A DNA stretch of 64,000 nt from Octopus sinensis (GCF_006345805.1 NC_042997.1:72230001-72294000); one strand, 5' to 3'. Positions 25,489 to 39,315 are shown, counted from the stretch's first letter. Numbers and translations are program-made. Notes: generated by a model not told the origin, from the letters alone.

Positions 25489-25639
25489 AGACAGACAGAC
25501 AGACAAACAGACAGGCAGGCAGACAGGCAGGCAGACAGACAAACAGACAGAGACAGAGACAAAGAGTGAGAGACGAGAGGGGAGGGAGAAAAAAGGGAGG
25601 GAGAGAGAGGCTACAATTTTCATGTGGTAAGGAAGACTT

Positions 25640-26850
25640 TACTTACATTGTCAGAGCTAGTAGGGCAGGTACTCTAAAACAGGAAGGAACGAAAGCCATT
25701 CGATGGGCCCGGGTGGTAGAGGCGCACCGTAGTAATTCGGTCTTTGAGAGATCGGGACGAGCGCATGCTGCTCGAGTCGAAGCAGATTTGTGTGGAATTT
25801 CGGTGGCATTTTGCTGAACTGTACAGGGCGCACGCTGGCCCGGAGGTGGAGGTGAACTTCACTTCCTACCTCGATGGTATGTCACAGCTTTCGGCCAGGG
25901 ACGTGGAGTTCTGCGAAATGCCGATAACAGCTGAAGATATACGTGACGTGTTGGCTAGTTGCACGAGGGTGAAGACTCCGAGATTGGATGTCTGCGCTTC
26001 GAGCTTTATATACATATGCCAGACTTGTTTGGTAAACTTTTGGGAAACGTCTACCGCAACTGTCAGCAGAATGGGAGAAAACCTGGATCTGTGAGCCGAG
26101 GAGTGGTGACATTACTGAGAAAGGATCCGAACAAGGGAGACACTGTTGGTAACTTTAGGCCGGTAACTCTGCTAAATACAGATTACAAAATTTTGGCCAA
26201 GGTGTTAGCAAAAAGGCCGGCGCTTGTCGTTGACAGACTAGTGGGTGATGTGAAACTATACACGTCAACCTCCACCTCATGCAAAACATCATAGAGAGAG
26301 TTGGTAAAGAACCTGGCATGGGTGGGGCCGTGATCCATTTGGATCAATCAAAAGCTTTTGATAGGATCGACCATTTGTACTTTGATACTATCTTCGAGGC
26401 GGTTGGTTTCGGTCCCGTTTTCAGAGGCGGGATCGCTGCAATGTACAGCGAAATCTGTCCGGTGGTCAAGGTAAATGGTCATCTCTCGGAATCGGTTAGT
26501 ATAGCACGTTCGGTCCGTCAAAGATGCCCGCTCTCACTCCTTCTCTACGAACTGGCTCTTGAGCCATTACTGCGGAAGCTGGAGGTTTCGAGGGACATCC
26601 CACGTGAATTGGGGTACGAAAGGTGCGCGTCGGCGTATGCGGACGACGTCACCGTGATAGTGTCGGACATCCCGGAAATCGAGATGGTCGGAACTACTGT
26701 AAGGGAATACGAAGCGGTGACAGGAGCAATAAACAACCAGGTGAAGGTCAGTGGGCCTGCAGCTCGGCACCTGGAGATGCAAGCACATGCCAACCGACAG
26801 CGTTGTAGGACGCTGGACTGAAGGACCTGTTAAGTTACACGGGGTCTGAG
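25640..26850 (+). mobile_element. L1/Tx1-clade LINE reverse transcriptase remnant
   Basis: NFRPVTLLNTDYKILAKVLAKR, HLDQSKAFDRIDH, SVRQRCPLSLLLYELALEPLLRKL, SAYADDVTV; frameshifted. Confidence 0.93.
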
Positions 26851-27203
26851 AAAATGTAAAAGAAATTGGTAAAAGCTCTACAGAATTAAGAAAAGGTCCA
26901 GAGAAATTGGTAAAGTGTCAAAAAAAAGTTTAAAAGGTGTCCAGGAAGATGGCTACAAGGGAAAGTAAGTGGCAGCACAAGCGGCATATGAGTGGATGAA
27001 GGTGAGAAAGTTAAACAGTAAGTAGACAGATGAAAGAGAAAGTGAAAGAGAGAGAGAGTGAGAGAGAGAGTGAGAGAGAGGGGAGAGAGGGAGATATGAT
27101 TCAAAGAATGCATGTATGAGTATTTTCGTGTGTATGGGTGTATGTATGTATAAGTGAAGGGAATGAACGATCAAAGAGTAGAACATATGCATGAGAATGA
27201 CAT

Positions 27204-27234
<31 letters not shown>

Positions 27235-27984
27235 TGTGTGTGTGTGTGTGCGTGTGTATGTGAGAGAGAGAGAGAGAAGACTAGGTGAATATAGGTACGT
27301 GTGTCCATGTGCCAGTGTGTATTAAAGAGACAAGATGGTAGATGAATAAAGGTGTATGTCTGAAAGAAACAAAATGGTAGGTAGACAAAGATGCATGTGA
27401 GGATAAATATTTGTGTATAGGTGAAAATGTGTGGAGAGGAGTGGCTGCAAGAAAGTATGTGTGTGTTCGTGCGCGTGCGTAAGGAAGCTGTGTCAGCGTG
27501 ATTGGATGGTGTGTGTAAGTGAAATGGTACAGATGAGTGTTTTCTGTTTTCAAATATATCATTTTCTTTATTTTTTATCTTTTTCTTTTTTAACCTATCG
27601 AATTTGTTGGGCGGGGGCGTAAATGTTGCTACAGCCTTTGTGAGAATCCTCTCTTAATGTCATCCGGGAGGATTCCATGCTTACAAATATTTTATAAATT
27701 GCACAAATCTGCATTTTTAAATGAAGTAAATGATTGTTTACTTATAGGTGATTCTAAACCATTTATGTTGATTTCAAATATATTCTTAATTTTTGCTTAC
27801 CACGTACAGATTTTGCACAAATGGCTGTCAAAGATACGACAATTTTTCTAGTCGTTCATTCTCTTTTGTGGCAGACTTTTAAATAAAAGTATAGTGAAAT
27901 TAAGAACAAATGACTAGAACAATAATAAAAAGAATATAACTAATATATGTAGGCCTACATATTGACTAAATATATTTTTTAATG

Positions 27985-30039
27985 CACTTATCATGACTTT
28001 AAAATTATTTTAGTCCGTTTCAAATTTCCTTTTCTTTGATTTCCTTCCAGCTTTTGGTAGTTGCTTGCAGTCTCTCTTTAGTATCCAACAGTAATTCCAC
28101 CTCATCAGGTACATTCCACCTCCCATGGTACCTCCGCTCTATTTCTTTAATGTCCTGGTGAAATCTCTCACCATGCTCTTCTCTTAGATTGCCAAGATTC
28201 TCCGGGAAATAATCGAGGTGTGAATGAAGAAGTGCGTTTTAACATTCATCCCATTTGCAATATGGTATCAGCTATGATTTTGTAATTTGAGCACTTATTC
28301 TTTCACAAAATGTTCTAGACAACACATTAGCAGCTTACCCATGCCTGTTTTTGAGATTCATTCAAGGATTTCTGGGTCTTTCATTAGTTTACGAATGCCA
28401 GGACTAACAAATATTCCTGCTTTAATTTTCTCACTGGTTATATTTTGGAATTTTTCTTTTTTTAGATACTGCAAACATGGTCCATCTGCAGGCAAAGATT
28501 TTCCGAATAGTTTCATCAGACCTAGTTTGATGTACAAAGGCGGTAGCATTACTTTTGTAGGTTCAATCAAAGGCTCGTGCTGAATGTTTTGGATCTAAGT
28601 AACAAACTTCTTCTTTGTGGCCAGTTTTTAACCATCCAGTGCTTTTCTTTAGCTCTGCTGTCCCATTCACATAAGAGACATGGTATTTTTGTGTAGCCTG
28701 CCTGCTGACCTAAAAGCATGGCTATTTTTCAATCTCTACACGCTTGCCAGTGGTATTCTGCATACTTTATATTTAACCAAATTTTTTTATATTTTTATAC
28801 TCTCCTTTAGTTGTACAGAATGTGCCACTGGAATGGATGAATACTTATTTCCATTATGTAGCAAGACAGCCTTCAAACTCCTTTTGGAGGAATCAATGAA
28901 TAGCCTCCCTTCTGAGCGATTGCTCGTGATCTCAAAATAGTTTAGCAAAATACTTTGGAATATTACAGCAAAACACCATTGATTCATCCTCAGCAAAGAA
29001 TGATAACAATTTGTATTCTGTGTGACGACACGAAGAGAAGAATGTTCCCGGTAACAAAAGCTTTTTCATTTTTAGCTTAGAACCAAGAGGTTCCGCTGCA
29101 TCCTTTGGTAGGCTCAAATCTCTCACCAAATCATTGAACTCTTTCTGTGTAAATAACTGCAAACTTTCCATTTAGACAGGAGGGTAGTCATCATCCTCTT
29201 CTTCACATTTGTCTTCTTCATCATTATCTGACGTAACAAAACAAGTGGGGGGAGAACTGGAATGTCAACCCAATGTGCGGTAGGCCGTATAGCCGAGAGA
29301 ATACTATGATATACTATCTTATGTTTATTTTTTGCACTGTACCCATCAGTTTTAGTAATGCAGAAATAACAATCGTCAACATGGTTACTCGGCCCTCGCC
29401 ACACCATTAGTATTCCAAAGGGTATTTCTTTTCCCTTCCCGGCTTTCCAGAGTCTCAGCCCTTCCACACAAGCGCGTCATACTTTGTGTGGAGCCCAAGG
29501 TTTGTCTTCATCACTGAGTTTAACACCAAAATAAGCGAAGCATAGCTTTTTTACAAGATCAGTTATATTTTGTCTCTACTTAATGACAACATACCTGCCA
29601 CAAATGTAGCAGAATATATCTGGATTGTTCACGCATTTCCGTCTATATGCATTCGTTTTAAATGGAGTTTATATGCAAATATCACCAACGACTAACCTCT
29701 GGAACTACTAAAACAACACTAAAGCATCAGCTGGTAATCGTGTACACAGATATTCCAGGTCACGCCGTCTGTCAGAGTTGCCAACGACTGTTAAATAAAC
29801 TTCATATTGGCCGCTATTTTACCTTTACTAATATTAGGTCAGCATTGATTTATAGCAATCTATTTTGTTGAGCAAAATAAATCAGATAATCACTACAATC
29901 TGATTAGCTGATACCATAATGCGGAAAAAAAAAACAAAGCTTTATTTTTAAAAAACTAATAACAGATCTGAAATTACTTTAAAAATCTGCGTAGACATTT
30001 AAACAGAAAATCACGAAAAATGGATGTCATGATACAGTC
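27985..30039 (-). mobile_element. Decayed Chapaev3-like (CMC/Transib-related) DNA transposon, copy 1
   Basis: Transposase remnants from about 29650 to 28005: KCVNNPDIFCYICG, KPWAPHKV, MVWRGPSNHVDDCYFC, RLFIDSSKRSLKAVLLHNGNKY, LPPLYIKLGLMK, HSHLDYFPENLGNLREEHGERFHQDI. Ends are tentative (CACT-TATCATGAC versus GACTGTATCATGAC; no TSD seen). Confidence 0.8.
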
Positions 30040-30127
30040 CCCCTAACAAAGGAAGACTCCCAGTAAGAGTTTATCAAGAAATCCTAGATCTAAAAATCAC
30101 CCTGACATGTTGATATAACAACTGTTT

Positions 30128-30300
30128 CTAGTATAGGCACAAGGCCAGAAATTTGAGGCAGCAGCAGTCGCTTATTTTGACTTCAGCATTTCACTGTTAC
30201 TTTATTTCATCGACCCCAGAAGATTGAAAGTAAAGTTGACTCTAAAGAACCCGCAGAAATACTGCAAACGTTTTCATCGACGCGTGAACAATCCGGCCAG
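30128..30300 (-). mobile_element. SINE family B fragment
   Basis: Reverse complement of the family B core and tail. Confidence 0.6.
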
Positions 30301-30432
30301 TCCAACATCTGGCAATATGTCATAAAAATATAACCCACTTCTTCACTAGCACTGGCACACCTTTCTATGGTCGACCAACTTGCTCGAGATAGTAACGAAA
30401 TCTTCTTTAAATCACATCCGGTTGTCTTTAAT

Positions 30433-30667
30433 CAGTGGTCCTCAACCATTTTTTGCCTATGGATCCTTTTGATTCCTGTTTTGTTCTACTGGACCTCCAC
30501 AGCCATCCGATGTATATAAAAAGCATCCTATTGTTTTTTTATAATTAAATATAATTTAGAATTGTGTCAAAAAATTAAAGTATTTTGTGTATTGTAGAAA
30601 TATATGTAATTTATTGCACATAAATTTTAACAAGAAAATCTTATATGGACCCCGTTGGGAACCACTG
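30433..30667. mobile_element. hAT-type MITE (235 bp)
   Basis: TIRs CAGTGGTCCTCAAC / GTTGGGAACCACTG. 8-bp TSD TCTTTAAT (30425-30432) and TCTTGAAT (30668-30675). Confidence 0.88.
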
Positions 30668-30811
30668 TCTTGAATTATAGAAAAAATAGGAATATGTTTT
30701 AAACAAAATCATGGTATTGAAAAAACACAAAATACTGGATGGTCACTGTTTAAACACCTTTGATCAAATTTCTGCTCGATCTGTGTGGACTCCGGTTAAG
30801 TAGCATAAATA

Positions 30812-30867
30812 CCATCATCTTCATCATCATCATCATCATCTTCATCATCATCATCATCATCATCATT

Positions 30868-30899
<32 letters not shown>

Positions 30900-30931
30900 T
30901 CTCCTCCTCCTCATCATCATCATCATCATCA
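30812..30931. repeat. (CAT)n microsatellite
   Basis: Direct reading. Confidence 0.95.
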
Positions 30932-31994
30932 TTGCATTCCTTGGCCAGATTGTCAGTTACTGTGAACTGTTTCTAAATTTGGCATGAGACCAGTAATTTG
31001 AGGGGAAGGTGTTTGTTGATAGCAATGACTTCATTACTTGATTGGTTTTTTTTTTATTTCATCAACCCCGGAGGTATAAAAGGCAAAACCAAAAAAAAAA
31101 AATTCAGATGAGAACATTTTAAAAGGGTAAAATTAGACGTATAAAATATACGCTCTCCGTATCTTGATGACTTGAAAATCATGACACTGTAAGAAATATT
31201 AAATTGACAATATGTCATCACTTAACAGAAGGATGGTTTGAGGGGAAGAGTGGAGAGATGTTTCAACTTCTTTTTATTTGTTTCAGCGTCGATAGTTTTT
31301 GCTTTGTTGTTGTCGTTGTTGTTAATATAATATTTTGAAGGAAATTACCATCCAAATGAAAGCAGACATTTAAGAAGTAAGCTGAAGAGATGCGACGACA
31401 TGTTTAGTAGTAACAAATTCACTATATAAATAGCACTTATTTATTATTTTTGTTTAATTTGGTATTTGAGTTTGTGTATGTGTTAAAAGAGAGAGGAGGG
31501 GACAGACATTTAGGAAGCAGGACGTTGAAAGGATATTAAAGGTATTTTATTTCATTTGTTTTTGTTATTTTGCAAGATTGTGTGTGTGCGCGTGCGTGCA
31601 CTAGCATGGCCTGTATAATCACCACCAACATCACTACCCCCATCTCGCAATATATTCACTAAGTGCAGAAAGTTGTTTTCATTGATATGAGTATGACAAC
31701 TCATTGTTGCACAAACACACACACAACTTACATACACACGCACACACACAACTATAGTTTTCAATTAAAGAAATGCCTTCTGTAATTCAATATTTTTGTT
31801 AATAGTAATTCACCTCCCGGTGAATACCTTGGCAGTCAACCTCTCAAATCGGCTCTGTGTGGGGGCATTTGCGTTTATATGCATGTGTGTGTGTGCATGT
31901 GTCTGTGTGTGTATGTGTGTGCGTACGTGTCTCGCGCATGGTATTTCTTCTTCTACTCCTCTCTCTTTCTCTCTCTCTCTCTTTGTTTCCACCG

Positions 31995-32134
31995 CCATAA
32001 ACTGACCACTAACTGTAACCACATGACTCCGGATTCAGTCCCAATGCACGTCACCTCGGCCAGGTGACTTATACACTGGACGGCCCAATGCCTTGCTAGT
32101 GAATTGATAGACAGAATCTGTGTGGAAACCCGTC

Positions 32135-32140
<6 letters not shown>
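31995..32140 (+). mobile_element. SINE family A, degenerate head
   Basis: accacatgactccggattcagtccca...gaaacccgtcgtgtata. Confidence 0.6.
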
Positions 32141-32165
<25 letters not shown>

Positions 32166-32854
32166 ACTCCTAAACGAAACTCCCCTGATCCGCGGACCTT
32201 TTTAAACTCCAGGAAATAGGTATTTAGTCAATGCCCCCATCTCATAACGTTTCCTACTACAAGGTTTCCATTTGTTGAATAGACCCGCTGCAGCACTTTT
32301 GAGCATCACCACAGCCAGAACTGATGTAAGGGGGATAACTCTGTCCTCCGTGTAATACTTGCTTGGGCAAATATTTTTTGTTTACAAAACTAACTTTAGT
32401 TATTGTAATGTTATGCGCCTTTCGACCGTTTGAATTTGACGAGTCGTCAATACAGCTAAGCGTTTTATAGGTGCGAAACCAATGGTCACACTCTGACCGG
32501 CGATAACAATTAACTTCCTAAAAGTTATATTACTGCTCTAGTGGTTTAGAGTATGCTTCTTTTTCGGATATATGAACTACTGGCGATTTATATGTGTTTG
32601 TGTGTATGTATATGTATATATATATTCTTTTACGCGTTTTAGCCCAAAGGCTGTGGCCATGCTGGGGCACCATTAGTATCATCAGCTTTTCAATGGCTAT
32701 TCTCTGGTGGTTGACTTTTGTTGAAAGAATGAGTTTGATATAGCTGCCCTCTTTTGAGCTTCTTGCCGTGATGTAGGTCCATCTTGGATCTTGGACTGTA
32801 GAATATTAAAATGCTTATTGAAAAAAAATATTGTAATAAATATATGTTACTTGT

Positions 32855-32960
32855 TTCAGTCACTGCACTGCGGCCATGCCGAGGCACCACTTTGAAAGGT
32901 TTTAGTCGAACGAATCGACCTCGGTACTTTTTTCTTTTCTTTTAAAGCCTGGCATTTATT
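32855..32960 (-). mobile_element. SINE family A tail
   Basis: tacttgtttcagtca..tgcggccatgc..gtcgaacgaatcgacc. Confidence 0.7.
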
Positions 32961-33609
32961 CCCACATTCAAACCTGAGATCCTTAAAGAAGTGACTGTTT
33001 TTCAAAGCGACCCAATGCCATGCGCATTTTCGTAATTAACTCTCCGCACCAACATGTTGGAGAGAGAAAGTGGAATAGGTCACCTATCTACATCCGAATT
33101 ATCCTACCTTTTTAGTGGCTCCACTGTGGTCCCTAGTACATTGCAGAAGCAACCTTAATTTTGAAACAATTTGCGTCATGTAAGAATCTTCTGGTAAAGT
33201 CATCGGAAATTTATCGTTAGAAACGAATTATTTAATGATTTCATCCTTTCTTTATCTTTGAGAACTAAAATATGAATAAAAAATACTGTATATGAGTTAA
33301 CTCATGCGCCTTGGTGCAAATAACTGTCGTCACTACTACTAGCATTCTCATTGACTACCAGCACAAAAAAATTGCCGTCACAAGCAACAAATAAATATCA
33401 TCACCACAACCACCACCATTTACCAAAGACATCTCTTATTTTGCCTTGTTTTTCTCTGGCTTTCTCTTCTTGTCTCCTTTGAGTTATTTCATTTAGCGTA
33501 ATGCAAAAGGCGGGTAGAAAAGAACGTATTATATTAATACATTGATAATGGTTTCTGATTTAGACAAACTTCATACTCTCTTGGGATTGTATGAGAGTAT
33601 GAGGTTCAT

Positions 33610-33742
33610 CTATTATATTGAACTCAGTTCTTGAATGGTACTTTATTTTATTGACCTCAGAATGATCAAATGCACAGTTGACCTCGGAACGTAAGGGGCA
33701 GAATAAACTACAAGACATTTTCCCGATGCTCTAAAGATTCTA
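33610..33742 (-). mobile_element. SINE family B fragment
   Basis: tggtactttattttattgacc...gttgacctcgg. Confidence 0.5.
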
Positions 33743-33747
33743 TCAAT

Positions 33748-33789
<42 letters not shown>

Positions 33790-34209
33790 AACAATAATAA
33801 TACTAATATATTAAAATTGTTGTTGTTGTTTTTATTATTAGTAGTATTGTTTTTACTACCAGTAATTACAAATAGAACAGGTTGAATTGCTTCTTATCAA
33901 GGCAGCGCTCTCAGTGGCCACTAATAGTAGTAAACACATTTGACCTCTGCTGACCCAAAGGGAACGGAGATTCTTTTGTCTCTATGACTGGCCTTCCCAC
34001 CATCTGCCGAATCTATTTATAGACTTGTAGAATATGGTCAATTCACCAACCTGCTACTCAACTATTTCTTCTAACAATCACATATTTATGATCTCAAGTA
34101 CAAAACAAAAGTTGAAAGTAAAGAACATTTAGTAAAATCTTTTAATAATAAATGGAAATAGTAATAATAATAACAATGGTAGTGGTGATGATGGTGATAA
34201 TGACAAAAA

Positions 34210-34223
34210 ATAATAATAATAAT

Positions 34224-34298
<75 letters not shown>

Positions 34299-34322
34299 AA
34301 TAATAATAATAATAATAATAAA
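34210..34322. repeat. (AAT)n/(AAC)n microsatellite
   Basis: Direct reading. Confidence 0.95.
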
Positions 34323-34569
34323 AGACTAGTTCTTTTTTTTTCATAGAGGGCTATCTGGACCACATCAAGCCCAAAATAGAAAACTTTAGTGAACGAAGGT
34401 GCGTAGTGTGTTTTATAGTCATGTATGTGTATATTTATGGCAGTGTTTGTCTTGGTGATTGCGCGTGCGTGTGTGAGTTACCATGAGACAAGTCGTTAAT
34501 AACAGTTCTTGACGAGCAAAATCCAATAGAAGAAATTGTTCCCTAGAGGCTATAAGTATTGCAAGCTCT

Positions 34570-34925
34570 TTAATACCCACAATGTTGTCTATGCTATGTT
34601 GTCCATGCAGGTGAGCTACTCCTGCTTAGACAACATCGCATACAATATCACACTCATCAACAGACGCAAAAATGCACTTGCACAACTCCCAAACCCAACC
34701 CGCAACTTCTGAAACTCCACCACCTGCCCTGAAGGAGGATTCTGTCTCTCAAGGGCCGTAGTCTATAGAGCCGTTCTCACACCATCTAATGGCATCACAA
34801 GGCACTATACGGGTATGACAGCCAACGATTTCAAGGGAAGATACTCACAGCATATGCACTCGGTCAGATGCATGGACAGAGAGAACGCCACTTCCCCGTC
34901 TCGCTTCCTCTGCGATCTCCACAGG
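34570..34925 (+). mobile_element. Penelope-like GIY-YIG endonuclease remnant
   Basis: VSYSCLDNI ... TCPEGGFCLSRAVVYRAVL ... HYTGMTANDFKGRYSQH. Confidence 0.82.
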
Positions 34926-35626
34926 ACCCGTGGAGATTCCATAGAACAAAATAATTAAGAGGATCTATTAAAGAAAGAAGGATGATTTGCATATTTATTG
35001 TTTATAAGACTTATTGTTGCCTGTGCAATAAATGATAGAAAATATACAATAACAATTTATACAATATTTCATACACATATTATTCGTAAGTATTTAATTC
35101 TATCGAAAAAATAAGATCAATATATAATTGCATATTCCTTATTACGCTATATTTTATCATAATTATTTTATATTATATACAATTAATGTGCACAAAACAA
35201 TATAGAGAATATTCACAACCTTTCTATATACGTGATTAATTTTAATTCCACTGCAAATAAAAAAAAAATAACATTCACTTTTATTTCACTTCCAGTCACA
35301 ATATATATTATATGATTATAAAATTTTCCTCTGCTAAACACTTTCTCTTTCTCTCTCTCTTTCTCTTTCTCTCTCTCTCTCTCTCTCTCATTCACTCCCT
35401 CTCACACTCTCCCTCTCTCTCTCTCTCTTCCTCTTTCTCTCGCTTCCAGAATAAGTTCTAGGCTTAAAAGAAATAAGTTCAAGTGTCGATTCATAACCGC
35501 AGTCTAATGACTGAAACAAGTAAAAGATAAATCATGTGTATGTGGTGGTGGGGGGGGGGTAAATAAAGTGAGACAACAAAGCCAAAGCAGTGTGAAAATT
35601 CTAGGACATTTATAAAGAGAAAGGTA

Positions 35627-35674
35627 GTTTTGGAGCTGTTTCAGGGATATAAAAGACATCCCATCATCAGAAAC
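35627..35674 (-). ncRNA. Degenerate minimal hammerhead motif
   Basis: Minus strand: GTTT-CTGATGA-T-GGGAT..ATCCC-T-GAAA-CAGCTC-CA-AAAC. Core and stems I and II are intact; the cleavage triplet differs from the CAGCTG-TA seen at 58 kb. Confidence 0.55.
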
Positions 35675-35811
35675 GATATGTGAAAGTTAAATAGAAGGAA
35701 ATAGTAGAGTTCAATATAAGAAGTTATTATGGAAAGGTAGAGATACTACATTTTATTTTACATATACACGCTCATACACAACCCGCATTAGATTCCTCTC
35801 TCATACTATTA

Positions 35812-38104
35812 TACTGGTCAACAAAATTAAATGTATTATACTCATTATGAATGCAAACCAACTTTTTTAGATTAATTTTTCATGCTGATTTCAAAATTAC
35901 ACTCCATTTGTATGTAGCACATATCAGTTTTTCAGTAGCTACATGCAAATATTTACATATTTATATATATGAAATCATTAATGTAATAAATAAGGACATT
36001 ATTTCTAGAAAATAAATGAGTTTATTGAGTTAAAAATCATCACTATCATTCTACAAAGAGTGAATACACAAAACATGGGACAGACAAAACAAAGTTAGAA
36101 CATCAAAGTTAGAAACATTGTGATTTGGATTTTCTGCGGTGTTCCTGATATGGTTGATTACAGCAAAGTGTCCAGCAGTAGTCAGCAAGCATACTGTCAT
36201 TCCAGAAGCCTTGGTACCGTTTCTCCATAGCACTAATGTCTTGGTGAAATATTTCACCATGTTCATCACACACTGCTCCAAGGTCATCTGCGAAGAAATC
36301 TAGATGGGAGTCCAAGAAGTGAACTTTCAGTGACATGCGACAACCCATTGCTGAGTAACAGTTCAGAAGATTCTTGATGCCTTCCTTGTAGTCCATTGCC
36401 TTCTTGTTGTCCAAGAAATCCTCACAGGTCCAATTGAAAGCATTCCAGGCAGGCAGTTCCATCAAGTGTTGTCTTGAAGTTGACATCTTTGAGTACTCTA
36501 ATTTAGGGTCCGACAAAGATACCCTATTTCAACTTTGCCTGTGTGATTTTGGGAAACAAAGATACCCTATTTCAACTTTGCCTGTGTGATTTTACTCAAA
36601 CCCTCTGGCATATCTCTTCCCTATTGTCATCCGTCCAAGCTTTATGCGCAAGGGTGGCAATAGAACATTACATGAGGTATATTCTTGACGCTAGACAGTC
36701 CTGGCTAGTATGATGTTCTTGTCTGCCAGTTTGATTCCGAATAATGTCTGTTAGTTGCCCGACTATCACATAGACACAAGAAACAACAGTATTTTATGAA
36801 ACCTGACTGCATTCCCATTAACATTCCAATGACTTTTATATCTTCACATATTTTCCATAAGTGTCTTTCATTGGCAATGGCATGAAGTAAAAGTTCCAGC
36901 TTCTCATATAATTCATGAAGATGAACAAAGTGTGCAATAGGAATAGAGGGCTTCAAATTACCATTATGGAGAAGTACAGTTAGAAACTTCGTCTTGAAGA
37001 GTCAATAAACAAACGCCACTCTGCATGCGAAAGCAAAGCGGGCCTTCAACAGAAAACCACGTTTGTAGAACCACATTTCCCTGCCGAAAATAAGTTATAC
37101 GAACACTGTGCTCTAGCAAATGCTTCTCCTTCAGTCTTGATGCCAACAGTTCTGCTTTATATTTTGAGAGGGATAGGTCTCTGACAAAGTCATTCAGTTC
37201 AGCTTGTGCAAATTTCTGAGGTTCAAAGCTATCGTCATCAACCACGTAATCTTCCTCAGTAGCACTATCGTGACAGTCAACATCATCATCTGATGTTTCA
37301 ATACTATCATCTGGTTGGACTGGAATTGGCAGACTTCCATTGTGAGGTACAGGTCTCATTGCAGAATCCAAATTGGGATACACAATTTTGTGTTTATTCT
37401 TCATTCTGAGACATTTACTTTGCAAAAATAACAGTCATTAAAGTGGTCTTTCGGCTCCTTCCATATCATTGGAATGGCAAAAGGCATGAACTTCTTATTA
37501 TTGAACCAGTCACGTAAGCCATTTGAGCAAGCTGGGCAAGTAAAATATATGGTGCCCGTAACATGTTCTGATGTCCAAATCTTCTTGATCTCTGGTGTTA
37601 TTGTACGTTTTTGAGCTTTCACAATAAATTGTCCACAGACGTAACAAAACACATCAAGACGATATCTACAATGTCTTGACATTGTTAACACTGCAAAACA
37701 AGTAAAGAAATAGATACAAACGGTTATACTTATACTGAATTTGAGATGATAAAATATTTAATCAGACCAATTATGACGGGACAATTTGAGATGTTGAAAT
37801 ACCTATTTCATCCGATAAAACTTGATTGGCTAATTTAAGATGATGAAATATTGTATCTGAACTATGCAGCATTGAATAATGTAGTTTATTTTAAAGGTAT
37901 GTTTTCATGATGTAAATGAAATATATGCATGCACATCACTAATCGGTGTTTCTATATAATGCATGAGCTAAAACCCAAACAACTTTCTCGTCTTGAAAAC
38001 TGTACGTGGTGTTAAAAAAACTAATTGTATATTTAAAATCAGCATTAAAAACTACACTAAGTACACCATGACATATGCTTGATGAAAAAACTTGTTGACC
38101 AGTG
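35812..38104 (-). mobile_element. Chapaev3-like DNA transposon, copy 2, with both termini
   Basis: Termini (T/C)ACTGGTCAACAA at 35812 and TTGTTGACCAGTG ending 38104, TTA TSD on both sides, shared subterminal atgctgattt motif. Transposase remnants: CRYRLDVFCYVCG, MPFAIPMIWKEPKDHFNDCYFC, ELNDFVRDLSLSK, GCRMSLKVHFLDSHLDFF, DEHGEIFHQDI. Confidence 0.88.
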
Positions 38105-38230
38105 TTATCGAACCGGGAGTCCAACAGCTGTCCTTCCGTAGCACTTAGCCTTATTTGCCTTTTGGGTCTTCTGGATACCAAAACTTCTCATGTTATATAT
38201 GTGTATGTGTGTATTATGATTATTATTATT

Positions 38231-38231
38231 G

Positions 38232-38298
<67 letters not shown>
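38231..38298. repeat. (GTA)n microsatellite
   Basis: Direct reading. Confidence 0.95.
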
Positions 38299-38510
38299 GG
38301 TAGTGTGCTGGCCCAATCGTTAGCACGCAGGGTAAAATGCTCAATGGCATTTCCTCCGTCTTTATGCTCTGAGTTCAAATTCTGGCGAAGTGGATTTGGC
38401 TTTTCATCCTTTCGAAGCCGATAAAATAAGTACTGGTTGAGCACTGGGGTCAATTTAATCGATTTACCTCCACCCCGAACTTGCTGGCCTTGTACCAAAT
38501 TTTGAGACCA
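38296..38510 (+). mobile_element. SINE family B
   Basis: Homologous to the copy at 22057. Confidence 0.8.
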
Positions 38511-39230
38511 TTATTATCATCATTAATATTGTCCAGTGACACACACGCTCAAGCTTCACCTTGACGGTTACGAGGCGTACTTATCTTTTAGTCGGAGCGA
38601 ACTGATGGAACTGGAAATTTTTCATAGTTCTAAATAGTTCTAGATCTCATGATTTGGACGATCTTCTTGGACTTCGATGGTCAGTTGGTGATCACGAGAC
38701 GTGAACAGCGATAAAGATTATGTCTTTAGTGTCGTGACCATTCATTTCGCCACTGGGCGTCTAGAAGCATGATTTGGAACGTCCAAGTCGTTAATGTTAA
38801 TAGGCGTCTTGGACATAGGTTGAGTTATTTTTTGTCCTACCATAACATGTGAACCGCGGTTACGTTGAGGAGCGAAAAATGCTGAAAATAGTGCCCCTGT
38901 CGTTACTCCAGTTCGTGACTAACCTCCTGCTACTCTTCTCTCACCCACACCAAAGACCACCCACGAGTGCACGCACACATGTGCTCACGGCAAGAAGCAC
39001 ACTCACTCGAATTCATACACATGCATGTCCACATACATGCGTGCGCACACACGCACACACTAGCTCTTTCTCTCGTTCTTTCACACATACGCACACACAT
39101 ACACATGCACATATACACACACATGCAGATATACACACACTACGGCTGTCACCAGAATGCACAAACAAGCGTACTCATGAGAGATGGTTAATAATTTCAT
39201 CCACCCCATGCTAACTCTCTTTTTCTCTGT

Positions 39231-39315
<85 letters not shown>

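Noticed and set aside
30750-30987. Poly-Met/poly-Ile ORFs (and poly-N, -E, -K, -S ORFs at 34.1, 38.1 and 40.4 kb)
   Set aside because: Translations of trinucleotide microsatellites.
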